Sequence record: SRR22947727_864
DNA: 62,621 nt
Direction: 5' to 3' (one strand)
The position numbers and the translations under genes were made by a program. Positions 30,481-40,757 of this stretch are shown one piece after another. Each line of letters opens with the position of its first letter. Positions within the stretch are counted from its first letter, which is position 1. A model generated the notes under the pieces. The model searched no databases, was not told the DNA's origin, and saw nothing but the letters and a program-made list of their open reading frames with translations.

Positions 30481-31233
30481 TTAGCAGACGCTGATTCGGC
30501 ATTGTACGGCTGTCTTTCCGCCAATTTTTACGACAATATAGTCTCCAGATTGCACCAAATGCATGCCAAGGGCGGTTCCTCCCAGAACTATATTTCCGGA
30601 TGCCATCTTCAAATCATACTCTGCCAAATGAGAGGTGAGCCACTCCAATGAAGATCTTGGTCCTCCGTCCATCGGCCACATGTTACCAGCATCGATTTCG
30701 GCGCCATTCACTTCTAGCGATAGAACCGATTTCTCGCCATATATTTTGGGTAGGCCTTTCCACTTTTGATCGGGCAGAATTATTCCTTTATTCAGGCCAT
30801 TATTCGCAATCAGTTCTGACAAAGACTTTTTGGGAGCGCGAAAAACGAAATTATGCAATTCAATCACTGGGAAGACGGAGTTGATTTCGCCGCCTGCTCC
30901 GATCTGAAAAGCCATTTCAGCTTCAATAGCTAAATTATCAAATTGATTGAGGTTTAGCGTGGCGCCGCTTTGATGAATTTCTTGGTTGAACAAAGTCCCG
31001 CGAATTGGCCCCTGCATGCCAAAAAGTTTTGTTATGCCAGGTCCGGTACATCCCACCTTGTAACCGGCTATTGTCTCACCTTTTTGTAGCCTCAATTTGA
31101 CCATGGTGTCTTGGATGGCATAGGCCTCATTGATGGTTATGTGAAAGCCTTCATCCCTGAATATAGTGCCTGGTTTGTTGCTTTGGTAATCTGCCAGCTG
31201 TCGACGTGCCCAGGCATCGATTTTATGTGTCAT
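30481..31233 (-). CDS. 2-keto-4-pentenoate hydratase-like protein (FAH superfamily)
   Basis: EAYAIQ, GYKVG, IEAEMAF, PVIEL, IVLGGT. Confidence 0.85.
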   Translation of the reverse strand: MTHKIDAWARRQLADYQSNKPGTIFRDEGFHITINEAYAIQDTMVKLRLQKGETIAGYKVGCTGPGITKLFGMQGPIRGTLFNQEIHQSGATLNLNQFDNLAIEAEMAFQIGAGGEINSVFPVIELHNFVFRAPKKSLSELIANNGLNKGIILPDQKWKGLPKIYGEKSVLSLEVNGAEIDAGNMWPMDGGPRSSLEWLTSHLAEYDLKMASGNIVLGGTALGMHLVQSGDYIVVKIGGKTAVQCRISVC

Positions 31234-31552
31234 TTAAATTTATCTACCGCGCTCGTAATCTACAGTTCATTCAACTTGAAGCCTATCTTCGCAAAGAGCA
31301 CTTGATCAAGGCAGCGCCCGACTTTCTTTTGCCTATGTGATGAAAGCTCGTTGAAGATATAACCACATTGTTGCGGTACAATAATGGGTGATCAGGTTAG
31401 GGTTGGCGCCTGTTTATCAAGGGCTACGCATCGAGTGTTTAAAATACCTTCCGACCAAATCACCATTGCCATGATTTTTAGAGCCTGCCATTGTCATAGG
31501 CGAAAATAACGAAACCAGCGATCGCAAATACTCACATTGGGAGGTTTTAATA

Positions 31553-32011
31553 ATGCCTAGCGATATACAAGAAGCAAAATGCTTTTGTGGAGAGACAGCA
31601 ATAAGTTTCAAAAATGATCCTATGATGCATTTCATGTGTCATTGCACCGATTGCAAGGTTCTTTTTGACGGTTCGTCCAAAATGTTTGTTTACACTGAGC
31701 TTGATGTTGAGCTGTCGTGAGCCTTTCAAACCTTTAGCTATAAAGGTGGCAGTGGAAATTTACTGAACCTGACTTTTTGTAGCTCATGCGGCATGAATGT
31801 GTGCACTAAGCCAGATTTACTTGAAGGGATGGTGTATGTGTTTTCGGGTATGTTACGCGCGTTTTATGAATTCAAACCGAATGTAGAATTGTTCACAGAT
31901 CATAGATTTCCATGGGAAAAACAGCCAGACACTGCGATTCAATCCTATGCCCATAATGGCACAGTTGAGCGGATAGGAGAGCTTTTGGAAAATTTGGATC
32001 AACGAGGATAA
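31553..32011 (+). pseudogene. GFA/CENP-V family protein with an in-frame TGA at codon 56
   Basis: GGGAGG RBS; CFCG, CHCTDC, FCSSCG motifs in one frame interrupted by TGA 31718-31720. Confidence 0.82.
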
Positions 32012-32202
32012 ACAATCCATCTTGCTCGGGGTAATGATTAAAAACCCCCTTGCTATTTGCTGCGTGTCGTCGACTTGGGCTAAAGGCAATAAAAGCCATC
32101 TTTCTTGGGCGAAACAAAAATAAATCTCATGATCAAAGGAAGGTGGCTTTTTGGGCTTAGCAGTTGGTCGACAGCCCTTTTTATTTAGCGTAACGTCCTT
32201 TT

Positions 32203-32679
32203 ATGAAGATAGATGGAAATATAGCTGCGCAAGTCGCCCTACAAGCCAGAAACACCGCGCCTAAAGCGCCGGTGGTTGCGCATGAAACCACCGGGACTAG
32301 AGGTGAAAAATCTGCTGATGTGGTTCTATCTCAAGAGCTCATCGCGAAAAACTACCTTAAAGTGACGGCGTCCATGGAAGCGGGAAAATCCAGAGGAGCA
32401 TCGCTGTCCAAAATTTCAGATAGCTACGATAACATTCCAGAGGTTGGCCTATTAAATGCCAATTCAGGGCCAAAATCTGGACCGGCGTCGGTATCGCTAG
32501 AACTCTCTGGCATTCGCAGAGATACGATCACTATGATGAACGAATTGCCTGCCGAGGTGAATATCCAAGTGGCAGATGAGATTCGTGTGTTAATTGCCAA
32601 GAATGAATGGCCTACAGATACAAAGTCAATTAACGAAAAAATCAAACAGATTACAAACGCCATTCAATCTCAGCGTTGA
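32203..32679 (+). CDS. FlgM-like (anti-sigma-28-like) protein
   Basis: MKI start, low-complexity N-terminus, C-terminal VNIQVADEIRVLIAKNEWPTDTKSINEKI resembles the FlgM helix motif. Confidence 0.5.
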   Translation: MKIDGNIAAQVALQARNTAPKAPVVAHETTGTRGEKSADVVLSQELIAKNYLKVTASMEAGKSRGASLSKISDSYDNIPEVGLLNANSGPKSGPASVSLELSGIRRDTITMMNELPAEVNIQVADEIRVLIAKNEWPTDTKSINEKIKQITNAIQSQR

Positions 32680-32712
32680 AGCGGGATTATGCTTTTTAAT
32701 TCCCGCTTTATT
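32679..32712 (+). terminator. Rho-independent terminator
   Basis: AAGCGGGA...TCCCGCTT followed by TATT. Confidence 0.6.
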
Positions 32713-33234
32713 GTTGGGGACCTGATAATAGGTTGGTCATTCGGTGATGTGCTGTCCGCTTCTCATTTAGCGTCATATCTGTCCGCCAGATGATCAACGA
32801 CAACCCTCCTTGTTTTTGGCATTTTTTGAACTTCGTATATTTACGATTATTCAAGGGAACCACAGCATGGGCCCTGCTAACAGCTGTAAAAAAGCCTTTA
32901 TAAGGTCACTGGAAACCCCAAATATTTCTATGTCTGCTGATAAGTTCTTGCACCTGATAGAGGGCTTTTACCTCTAGCTCAGGCGTTTGGGGGGATGTTG
33001 AAAACGCATTGGGCGTTCTAGCCATCTGGGTTGCGGTCAATTTTATCAGCGGCACGTTAGCCGGCTGACCTTTGAAGGTTATGCAGGGCGTTGAGAGCAG
33101 CACAAAGCGCGCAACTGACGGTATGGATATTTTCCAAGTGATATGGGCCGGATCACGCTGCAAACCCATTTTCTAAGAAGCTTTGACCGGCGCAAATACA
33201 GCTTCGATCGAATCTCACAGGAGCGCTAATGCTG

Positions 33235-33441
33235 TTAGCCTTTTTTATCCGGGGTTTTATGAAACATAAAATCTAAATCAACGTCAGTTTTCATGGCCGC
33301 ACTTACTCCAATGGCTATAAAAACGATAGCCAAAAGAAATCCGATTGGCACCAATATCGCCGGTGCTCCAATCAACTGAAGGTGAATTAAGAGCGTAAGC
33401 CCCATGATGAAAATTGAAATATAGTACGCCCAGTAATGCAT
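33235..33441 (-). CDS. Small two-TM membrane protein
   Basis: Perfect AAGGAGGT RBS; two hydrophobic helices. Confidence 0.7.
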   Translation of the reverse strand: MHYWAYYISIFIMGLTLLIHLQLIGAPAILVPIGFLLAIVFIAIGVSAAMKTDVDLDFMFHKTPDKKG

Positions 33442-33562
33442 TTTTGATTTTTACCTCCTTCGTTTGGAAAATAGGTCGGCCCGAAAACCGGTCAAATACG
33501 ACCTTTCAAATTTAAACGATATTACGATACTGGCTGAGTCAGCGGTGAGAGAAAAGGTATTG

Positions 33563-33811
33563 TTAAGGGCAAAAGCCACATGAACTTGCGGGCGCAGTTA
33601 TCTTTTTTATTGGCTTTGATTTAATCCGCTTTTTGGTCGGCGTTACCTGCAGCGGTTTTTACAATGCTTCAGCTTCCTTAGTCAATTTGTCTCTGACGTA
33701 ATCGTGAAGTGTGAAAAAGCCGAGCTTGGCGGCCTTTTTTGTCTCATAATTGAGCCGGCCGCGTAGGTTAGAAACATAAATTTCTACTGTTTCTTCAGAA
33801 ACTTGTATCAA
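33563..33811 (-). pseudogene. Small protein with C-terminal Cys motif, interrupted by TAA
   Basis: MIQVSEETVEIYVSNLRGRLNYETKKAAKLGFFTLHDYVRDKLTKEAEAL*KPLQVTPTKKRIKSKPIKKITAPASSCGFCP; AAAGGT RBS, TTG start. Confidence 0.45.
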
Positions 33812-34096
33812 GACATACCTTTCAAATCAGGCTTTTTTACACCGGTTTTGGCGAAACAACAATTTCTAACATAAAAGGATAAGGCGAAATTGTCTGAACG
33901 GGCAGTGCTGAAAGCTGATGATATAACAATTTTTACGCTATTGGAAAATGGCAAGGAAATTTCTGATGCTCTGGCCCTGTATAAAAACTTGGTGGGCGCA
34001 TTGGTGGCGCAGAAGAAGACTGGAAGGCGCGGGAGAACTGCACAAGGCGGGCCAGTGCGGTTGAACTAGAATCGTTGCGCAATGGCGCGCGAAAAC

Positions 34097-34705
34097 TCAA
34101 TAGCGCTGGATAACGCTGTAAACTATTCCATCAAAGGTGATACCGGCCAGATATCCTGTCTGGTTGAATATATGCGTGTGTATTTCACTTAACCGAGCTT
34201 GTGTTGTGACAACCTGCGTTTTTGAAACGCCTTGTGCGGCATAACTTACCGTGCCTAGAATTTCAAAATTCGTACCATTCAAAATTGATTTTAGCCGGTT
34301 CTGCGTCATTACATACGAAACTTGGCTATATTTTTGCCCCCCTATCTGCGGTCCAATATTTCCACCCGTCATTCGGACACGTGCGATCGCTTTTCGATCC
34401 TTTACAACAAATCCCTCTGAATAATTTGCTCCGAATAGAAAGCCACCTTTCAAAGCTTTTGGAAACACGATTTGGGCAACCGATGCTTGCTCTAATGCAC
34501 CGAGTGATGCGCTGTTTGCCCTAGCGGCGGCCAATGTTTCTATCGCAGTACGTTCCGAAACAGCGAAGCGTTGCTTTATATCTGATCCTGTTTGCTGCAC
34601 GGTTTTTTCAATGTTGGTGCAGCCTGCCAAGATCAAAAGACAAGCCGCCGCAATACATGTTCGCAAATTTACGTAAGGCATGAGTATGTTTCTTTCTTCA
34701 CTCAA
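34097..34705 (-). CDS. SYLF/Ysc84 domain lipoprotein
   Basis: LAGC lipobox; VFPKALKGGFLFG, GGNIGPQIGGQ. Confidence 0.82.
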   Translation of the reverse strand: MSEERNILMPYVNLRTCIAAACLLILAGCTNIEKTVQQTGSDIKQRFAVSERTAIETLAAARANSASLGALEQASVAQIVFPKALKGGFLFGANYSEGFVVKDRKAIARVRMTGGNIGPQIGGQKYSQVSYVMTQNRLKSILNGTNFEILGTVSYAAQGVSKTQVVTTQARLSEIHTHIFNQTGYLAGITFDGIVYSVIQRY

Positions 34706-35132
34706 CAGATCCTATAGCTTACCCATGATAAAATGCTTGCCGCGATTGTCGTGGCTGCGATGACGGGTGCCTTTGTCGCTCAGCAGCGTTAATATTTTGG
34801 CTCAGAAAAAACAACCTCTCCCGTAAGATTGAAGCTTTCTCAGGTTTGAGCTGTTTTTACTGTAGCAGACCACTTTGAAAGCCTGCCAAAAACAATGTCT
34901 GCGCCCGATTCATTGCGATAAATATTTCATGTCACCTATGAAGTTTCATCTGCCTTAATAAGCTGACGCTGGATCGCCTCTTTTGAAAGCGCGCTGGATT
35001 TAGTTTCATGTTTCACAACCCAAAAACCTTAATTTTCTGCAGTTTGAAAATTAAATTGCAAAATGCGGGCAATGGATGAACGCATCCTCATTTCCCTTTT
35101 TTAGTTTTGCTGGAAATAGAAGATATAGAAAG

Positions 35133-35471
35133 CTATCGATAAATGTGTGGATTGGGGGTGTCGCTTATGGGTATTCTGTTTATGATTGATCTCCAGAGTT
35201 TACCATCTTTTTTAAGACCAACATTAGTAACGATTTCATCTCTATCTCTCCAACGTCATTCAATACAAAAAGCATTTTCGTGAACGATCTCAGCTTTTAA
35301 ATGCCAATCCCAATCTGGCTTGACGGCTAGCTCATTGATGATTTCACAATGTTCATCGCGGGTGGAAAGCTCAAGCTCTCGAACCATCATAAAATCTTCA
35401 TGGTGAAGGTCCTGAAAAGCTTTCGGATCATAGCTTTGAAAGCAAGCGCAAAGCTCGTCATGAATGCTCAT
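35133..35471 (-). pseudogene. NTF2/SnoaL-like small protein with an in-frame TGA
   Basis: AGGAG RBS; LHHEDF...HENAFCIE*RWRDRDEIVTNVGLKKDGKLWRS continues in frame past TGA 35258-35256. Confidence 0.65.
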
Positions 35472-36119
35472 AGTGGTCTCCTATTCTATTAATGCTTTAA
35501 ACCCTAACCCAATGTATCCAAAATAAAAGGATTACTCAGCAGGCTATACGCGAGTGACTGATCTCACCGATTGGTTGATGCCAGATAAAGCCGATGCTGC
35601 GCGCTTAGTGCATAAAATATCCAACATAGGCCAGCGCATGCCTGCCAGCGGCGCTGCACTTTTTGGTTGAGATAAAGCGCGCAGCTTTTGCAGTTTGGTC
35701 CAGCGCTTCATATCAGTCATCGGTGCGTCAAACCTAACAGAAACGTGTTTTCATGAATACGGTTTCGTGCCAGTTGCCACCTCTGTCTCAGGGATAAGCG
35801 ATTTGCGTTTTAGAACGCGATCCGCTGTGTGCTTTACATCTGAGCTATCATAATGGCGGGCGTTTGTTTCAAAATTGCATGCTGTGGCCTTTGCAATAAG
35901 AAGACGCCAAAAGATTTTTTCGCGGCGTTCCAACTCCGTCTTGTTTTCCTTGATGGTTTGGTGTTGCCGTAAAATACGTCCGAACGAAAATTCATAACGC
36001 CATGCAGAGCACTCTCTCTATTTCAACGGCTGCAAACGTAATGCCTGATCAGAGCTGTTCAACTGGATGCTCTTCCATCGCTTAAGATACTAAACGCAAA
36101 ATCCAGATTGATGCCTGTT

Positions 36120-37457
36120 TCAAAGGGTGAATGTTTCTTTCAGGTCCAAGGCATGCTCCAAATTTAGAATGCGTGTATAAAGAGCGTTACGTTTTGCAGG
36201 GCCCCAACGGCGGGCGGTTAAGCTATTAAATTTTTCTTTTAAAGCGGCCTCAGAATAGGGATCTCGCCAATCCCCACGGTTGGTTTTTACACTGGCGCGA
36301 TAGGTGCTTCCATCTTGCATCGTAATGCAAATACTGGCTGGGCGATAATCGGGTAATTGGGCTGACATATCGGAATTTTCTTTAATTGATGTTTTTGCAG
36401 CTAGGTCCATTATTTTAGTCTTTTCAAGCATGTCTTGGGTAAAGCTCTGAATTTTTGAAGATCTATTGATTAAACTTGTGGCTACAGCAAAGGGAACAGA
36501 AAACCGTGCCGCCAGCATATTGCGCGGTTTAGGATCGGTCAGTTCGGCAGCGAGAAAATAGCTTTCAACATCGATATGTGCGATATTTTCGGGATTTTGA
36601 AGCGCTGAATATTGTTCCATCAAGAGCCAGAGCGCGTCTAAAGCTGCATGATTATAACGACAGCATGCGTGAAGCTTGAAATAGTTGCGGGTTACCTCAA
36701 ATCGCGTTCCTAGCGCATCCAAAGCTGCGGCGGTATCAAAGCTGGAAGAAACAATATTGCCAAAAACAGAGCCGATTCCATCTTTTTCTCCACTGAAACC
36801 GGCTTGTAAAATTTGATACGCCAAATGCGCCATTTGATTTGAAATACCAGTGTAAGAATTGCGAACCGTGCCACCTTCCAGCATGGTTTTTCGGCTGGTC
36901 GCCAAGCTGAAGCTTGAGGAAATATTGATCAATTCGATAATTTTTTGTCTATCTAAGCGATTTAAGACGCCAATTGCGGAAGCAGCGCCGATCACGCCCC
37001 AGGTGCCATGCGGGTGCATATGGGGGTTCAGGTTTGTTGCAAGACCGATACGCGCGGCAATGTCATATCCAAGGATAAACGACTGAAGAAATTCTTGCCC
37101 TGTGACCGGCGCATCCGCGGTATCAGAGGCGGCAAGCAATGCTGGGAAAACATGCATACCAGGATGGCCTCGTGCAAATTGATGACCTTCATCCATCTCA
37201 AGCGCGGTGCCCGCTGTTCCGTTCATCAAGCTTGCCGATTGTGCATCGCTGAAGTTTGAGCCGCCTAAGATACGCGCGCATCCGTGGCGTATGATTGAGG
37301 TTTCCAAGGCTTGATTTTCGCCCTCAGCGCTGCCGCCTACAATGGCCGCAATGCAATCGGCTATAATCAGTTTTGCCCGTTTTACAGCCGGTTCAGGAAT
37401 ATCATCGAATTTTGTTTGCGTAAGGAAATCAGCAAAAGCGTGCAGGTGATTTGGCAT
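36120..37457 (-). CDS. MmgE/PrpD family protein
   Basis: RAKLIIADCI, NGTAGTALEMDEGH, HPG, YFKLHACCRYNH, ARFSVPF, LKEKF. Confidence 0.93.
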   Translation of the reverse strand: MPNHLHAFADFLTQTKFDDIPEPAVKRAKLIIADCIAAIVGGSAEGENQALETSIIRHGCARILGGSNFSDAQSASLMNGTAGTALEMDEGHQFARGHPGMHVFPALLAASDTADAPVTGQEFLQSFILGYDIAARIGLATNLNPHMHPHGTWGVIGAASAIGVLNRLDRQKIIELINISSSFSLATSRKTMLEGGTVRNSYTGISNQMAHLAYQILQAGFSGEKDGIGSVFGNIVSSSFDTAAALDALGTRFEVTRNYFKLHACCRYNHAALDALWLLMEQYSALQNPENIAHIDVESYFLAAELTDPKPRNMLAARFSVPFAVATSLINRSSKIQSFTQDMLEKTKIMDLAAKTSIKENSDMSAQLPDYRPASICITMQDGSTYRASVKTNRGDWRDPYSEAALKEKFNSLTARRWGPAKRNALYTRILNLEHALDLKETFTL

Positions 37458-37600
37458 AAGTTTGTTCCAACTTTACAAATTTGATTATCTGCGTTGCGTG
37501 CTATTTTATCATTATTGTTTGGACACAAGAAGAGTTTTACGTGTTTAATCAAAGTATAAGGGCCAAGTAATGGCCCATGTAAAACCGACAGGAGGGTTTA

Positions 37601-38830
37601 ATGACTAAATCAAAGGATTTATTTACAGGCTCGCGCCGTAAATTTATGAAAGGGGCCTCGGCAACATTTGCACTTGCCGCAGCAGGTTTATCAGCTCCAC
37701 AAATCGCGCGTGCCGCTGGTGCCGTTAAAATTGGCTTGATCCATCCCGCAACGGGCTGGGCTGCCTATCCGGCCGCACAATTGCGCTATGGTGCGCAAAT
37801 GGCCATTGCCGATCTCAACGCCGCGGGCGGTATAAAATCTATGGGCGGTGCGGCATTAGAAGCGGTTTTGGGAGATTCGCAGACAAAACCAGAGATCGGC
37901 GCCGCCGAAGTTGAAAAAATGAACGAGGCAGGCGTGCACGCCATTCAAGGCTGTTATCAATCAGCCGTTGGACTTGCGGCCTCTGCAGCGGCGGCCAAAT
38001 ATAATATACCGTTCTCGGTTGATGTTGGTGTTTCGGATAAATTGGTGCAGCGCGGTCTGAGCAATGTCTTTAGAATGGCGGATGGATATGGCCGGATTGC
38101 GGCAGATGCATCCGTTAATCTTGCCGAGATTAACAAAGCCGCAGGCTCACCTGCCAAAACGGTTGCAATCGTGCATGAGGAATCAGAATTTGGTACAGGA
38201 ACAGCCAAACTGGTGACCAAAGCCCTTGCCAGTCATGGTTTGGAGGTAATTGAAACGATCAAACATTCCAATCCAACGCGAAATTTTGATAATATCGCAT
38301 TGCGGTTAAAATCGGCCAAGCCGGATATCATCATGCCGATCAATTATCCTGGTGAATATATCCTTCTTGCGAAAACCTTGCGTCAACAGCGGGTTGATTT
38401 TATGGCCAGCTATTCTGTGCTTGGAGGCGGTTTTAACTTCAAGTTTGTGGATGAAATGCCTCAAATTGCAGAAAATATGATCGATGTGAACCATTGGTAC
38501 GATCCGAGCTCGGCATCGGGGCAACAGATGCGTGCGCGCACCGAGGCAGATGGTAAGTATTTCACCTTCGAGGTGTATTGCGCTTACATGTCAATCATGT
38601 TCCTTGCCGATGGGTTTGAGCGTGCAGGCTCCACCGATAAAGAGGCTGTGAATGCAGCTTTGGCAAGCTCAACGCTGGATATTGATTTTATGCCCTATGG
38701 ATCGACCAAAATGGTTGATGGTCAAAATATGGGTTCGCGCGCGGTGGCCATTCAAGCGCAGAAGGGCGATGTGCAAATCATCGCGCCCTCTGAATACGCG
38801 TCCGCCTCTGCGGTTTTCCCGCGTAGTTAA
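37601..38830 (+). CDS. LIV-type (HAAT) ABC transporter substrate-binding protein, Tat-exported
   Basis: SRRKFMK Tat signal, VKIGLIHP, NAAGGIKSMGG; AGGAG RBS. Confidence 0.92.
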   Translation: MTKSKDLFTGSRRKFMKGASATFALAAAGLSAPQIARAAGAVKIGLIHPATGWAAYPAAQLRYGAQMAIADLNAAGGIKSMGGAALEAVLGDSQTKPEIGAAEVEKMNEAGVHAIQGCYQSAVGLAASAAAAKYNIPFSVDVGVSDKLVQRGLSNVFRMADGYGRIAADASVNLAEINKAAGSPAKTVAIVHEESEFGTGTAKLVTKALASHGLEVIETIKHSNPTRNFDNIALRLKSAKPDIIMPINYPGEYILLAKTLRQQRVDFMASYSVLGGGFNFKFVDEMPQIAENMIDVNHWYDPSSASGQQMRARTEADGKYFTFEVYCAYMSIMFLADGFERAGSTDKEAVNAALASSTLDIDFMPYGSTKMVDGQNMGSRAVAIQAQKGDVQIIAPSEYASASAVFPRS

Positions 38831-38849
38831 AAGAGTGGTATGAAATGGA

Positions 38850-38877
38850 GGCAGCCTTTTGAGAATTAAAGGCTGCC
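38850..38877 (+). promoter_or_regulatory. Intra-operonic hairpin after the SBP gene
   Basis: GGCAGCCTTT pairs perfectly with AAAGGCTGCC. Confidence 0.6.
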
Positions 38878-38913
38878 CCCCCACAACAAACCGTCATCGA
38901 GCAAAGAAATTAG

Positions 38914-39792
38914 ATGTTATCAACCAGTCTTTCACTGCTTCCAGCAGGCATCATCAATGGGTTTATGTTTGGCGCTATTTACGCGCTGGTCGCTTTGGGC
39001 TTAACGCTGATTTACGGTGTGCTGCACATTATTAACTTCGCCCATGGTGCGATGTTGATGCTGGCGCTGTATTCTGCTTATTTTCTGTTTAAGATCTTGA
39101 ATATCGATCCTTACGTGGCGATCCTTATTGTGACGCCGGCGAGCTTTATTTTTGGCTATGTCATTTATCGATGGGGAATCGGGAAGCTTTCCGGCGGCAA
39201 AGATCAAAATATCCTGCTGATCACGCTGGGTTTATCGATTATACTTGAAAACGCAGCGTTGTTTTTCTTCACAGGTGATCAACAAACGATAAGCCTTTCT
39301 TACAGTTATGACTCGCTCGATTTAGGGTTCTTGTATTTGTCATATCCCAAGCTGATTTCTTTCATTGCCTCGCTTGTGATCTGTGGATTGCTTTGGATGT
39401 TGATGACCCTCACAGATTTGGGAAAGGCAATACGCGCTGTTGCGAAACAGCGCGAGGGCGCCCGATTGGTTGGGATAGATGTCGAGCATGTTTTTGCCGT
39501 TACATTCGGCATTGGTATTGCCTGTTTGGGCGCTGCCGGTTGCATGTTGCTGCCAATTTTCTACGTAGACCCCTATACCGGAAACGTCTTTGTCATTATC
39601 GCTTTTACCATCGTTGTTTTGGGGGGTATGGGCAGTATCGTTGGGGCTTTGCTTGGCGGTTTTATTATTGGAATAACCGAATCTGTAGGGGGGCTGCTTC
39701 TGGGTGAAAGCCTTGGGCAGATTGGAATTTCTCTTATCTTTATCTTGATCCTAATTTTTAGACCGACAGGTATTTTTGGGAGCAAGGCATGA
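38914..39792 (+). CDS. LivH-like ABC permease
   Basis: YALVALGLTLIYG, INFAHG, GKAIRAVA, VLGGMGS. Confidence 0.93.
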   Translation: MLSTSLSLLPAGIINGFMFGAIYALVALGLTLIYGVLHIINFAHGAMLMLALYSAYFLFKILNIDPYVAILIVTPASFIFGYVIYRWGIGKLSGGKDQNILLITLGLSIILENAALFFFTGDQQTISLSYSYDSLDLGFLYLSYPKLISFIASLVICGLLWMLMTLTDLGKAIRAVAKQREGARLVGIDVEHVFAVTFGIGIACLGAAGCMLLPIFYVDPYTGNVFVIIAFTIVVLGGMGSIVGALLGGFIIGITESVGGLLLGESLGQIGISLIFILILIFRPTGIFGSKA

Positions 39793-40757
39793 GTTTTAAC
39801 GCCAAAAATACATTGCTGTTCGGGTTGGCTCTGCTGGCAGCGGCGCTTGCGCCGGTTGGCATCTCGAGCAAATTTTACCTCGATGTTCTGACGCTGATTT
39901 TCTTTACCGCCTATATCGGGCAGTCTTGGAATATTTTAGGGGGGTATGCAGGTCAGTTTTCTTTTGGTGGTGTCATGTTCTTTGGAACCGGGGCGTATAC
40001 ATCTTCCATTCTTCTGGTCACGTTTGGTATTCCGCCGCTTATTGGTATTTTTGTGGCGGTTTTAATGGGGGCATTTTTAGGGTTTCTGGTCGGATATTTA
40101 AGTTTCCGATCAGGCCTGCGCGGCTCGTATTTTGCGTTGATCACGCTGGCTTTCGCCGAGCTTTTACGCGTTTTGGCAAATTCGGTTGAATTTACGGGCG
40201 GAGGTGTTGGGCTTTTCCTCACCTATGCGCCCGGGTTGAAGAATTTGCAATTTGTGTCTCCCACGGGCTTTTACTATTTCTCGCTTTTCTTATTGGTGAT
40301 TTCTTTGGCAATTGCCCTGTGGTTGGAACAGTCACGTTTTGGCGCGCAGCTTATTGCGATCCGGGAGAATGAAGAGGCCGCGGAAGCTTTGGGCATTGAT
40401 ACGCTTAAATGCAAGCTCTATGCGATTATGATTATGGGGGGTATGGGCGGCGCCGCGGGAACATTTTATGCCCAGAAATATTTATATATTGACCCGCCAA
40501 TTTCCTATTCTATCGCCTTATCGGTTGAAATGTTACTTGTAAGCATCGTGGGGGGGCTGGGCACGGTGTTTGGCCCGCTTATCGGATCAGTTGTGTTGCA
40601 CGTTGTGAACGAAGTTGCCCGGCATTTTATTGATACCCCGGGTTTGAGTCTGATCGTTTACGGTGTGATTTTGATTTTTATCATCTCGTATCTTCCAAAC
40701 GGCTTGGTAGGGCTTTTTCGCAGAAGCCGCGGCAAAAAGGAGGATGGTGGTGCTTGA
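39789..40757 (+). CDS. LivM-like ABC permease
   Basis: WNILGGYAGQFSFG, YFALITLAF, AIRENEEAAEALG. Confidence 0.93.
   Translation: MSFNAKNTLLFGLALLAAALAPVGISSKFYLDVLTLIFFTAYIGQSWNILGGYAGQFSFGGVMFFGTGAYTSSILLVTFGIPPLIGIFVAVLMGAFLGFLVGYLSFRSGLRGSYFALITLAFAELLRVLANSVEFTGGGVGLFLTYAPGLKNLQFVSPTGFYYFSLFLLVISLAIALWLEQSRFGAQLIAIRENEEAAEALGIDTLKCKLYAIMIMGGMGGAAGTFYAQKYLYIDPPISYSIALSVEMLLVSIVGGLGTVFGPLIGSVVLHVVNEVARHFIDTPGLSLIVYGVILIFIISYLPNGLVGLFRRSRGKKEDGGA

Noticed and set aside
32040-32200. Sigma-28 promoter upstream of the FlgM-like gene
   Set aside because: Best candidate (TAAAAGCC...GGCGAAAC) has wrong spacing and a weak -10 match
32906-33215. Possible haloalkane dehalogenase remnant on the minus strand (FKGQPANV, ELEVKALYQVQE)
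   Set aside because: Resemblance too short and fragmented to support without a search
21291-35258. Stop-codon recoding (selenocysteine, pyrrolysine or alternative code) to explain the in-frame stops
   Set aside because: All three stop types occur, the TGA at 31718 aligns with Gly rather than Cys, and TGA/TAG end normal genes throughout the window
35520-36110. Short ORFs between the NTF2 pseudogene and the PrpD-like gene
   Set aside because: Multiple stops and no recognisable family
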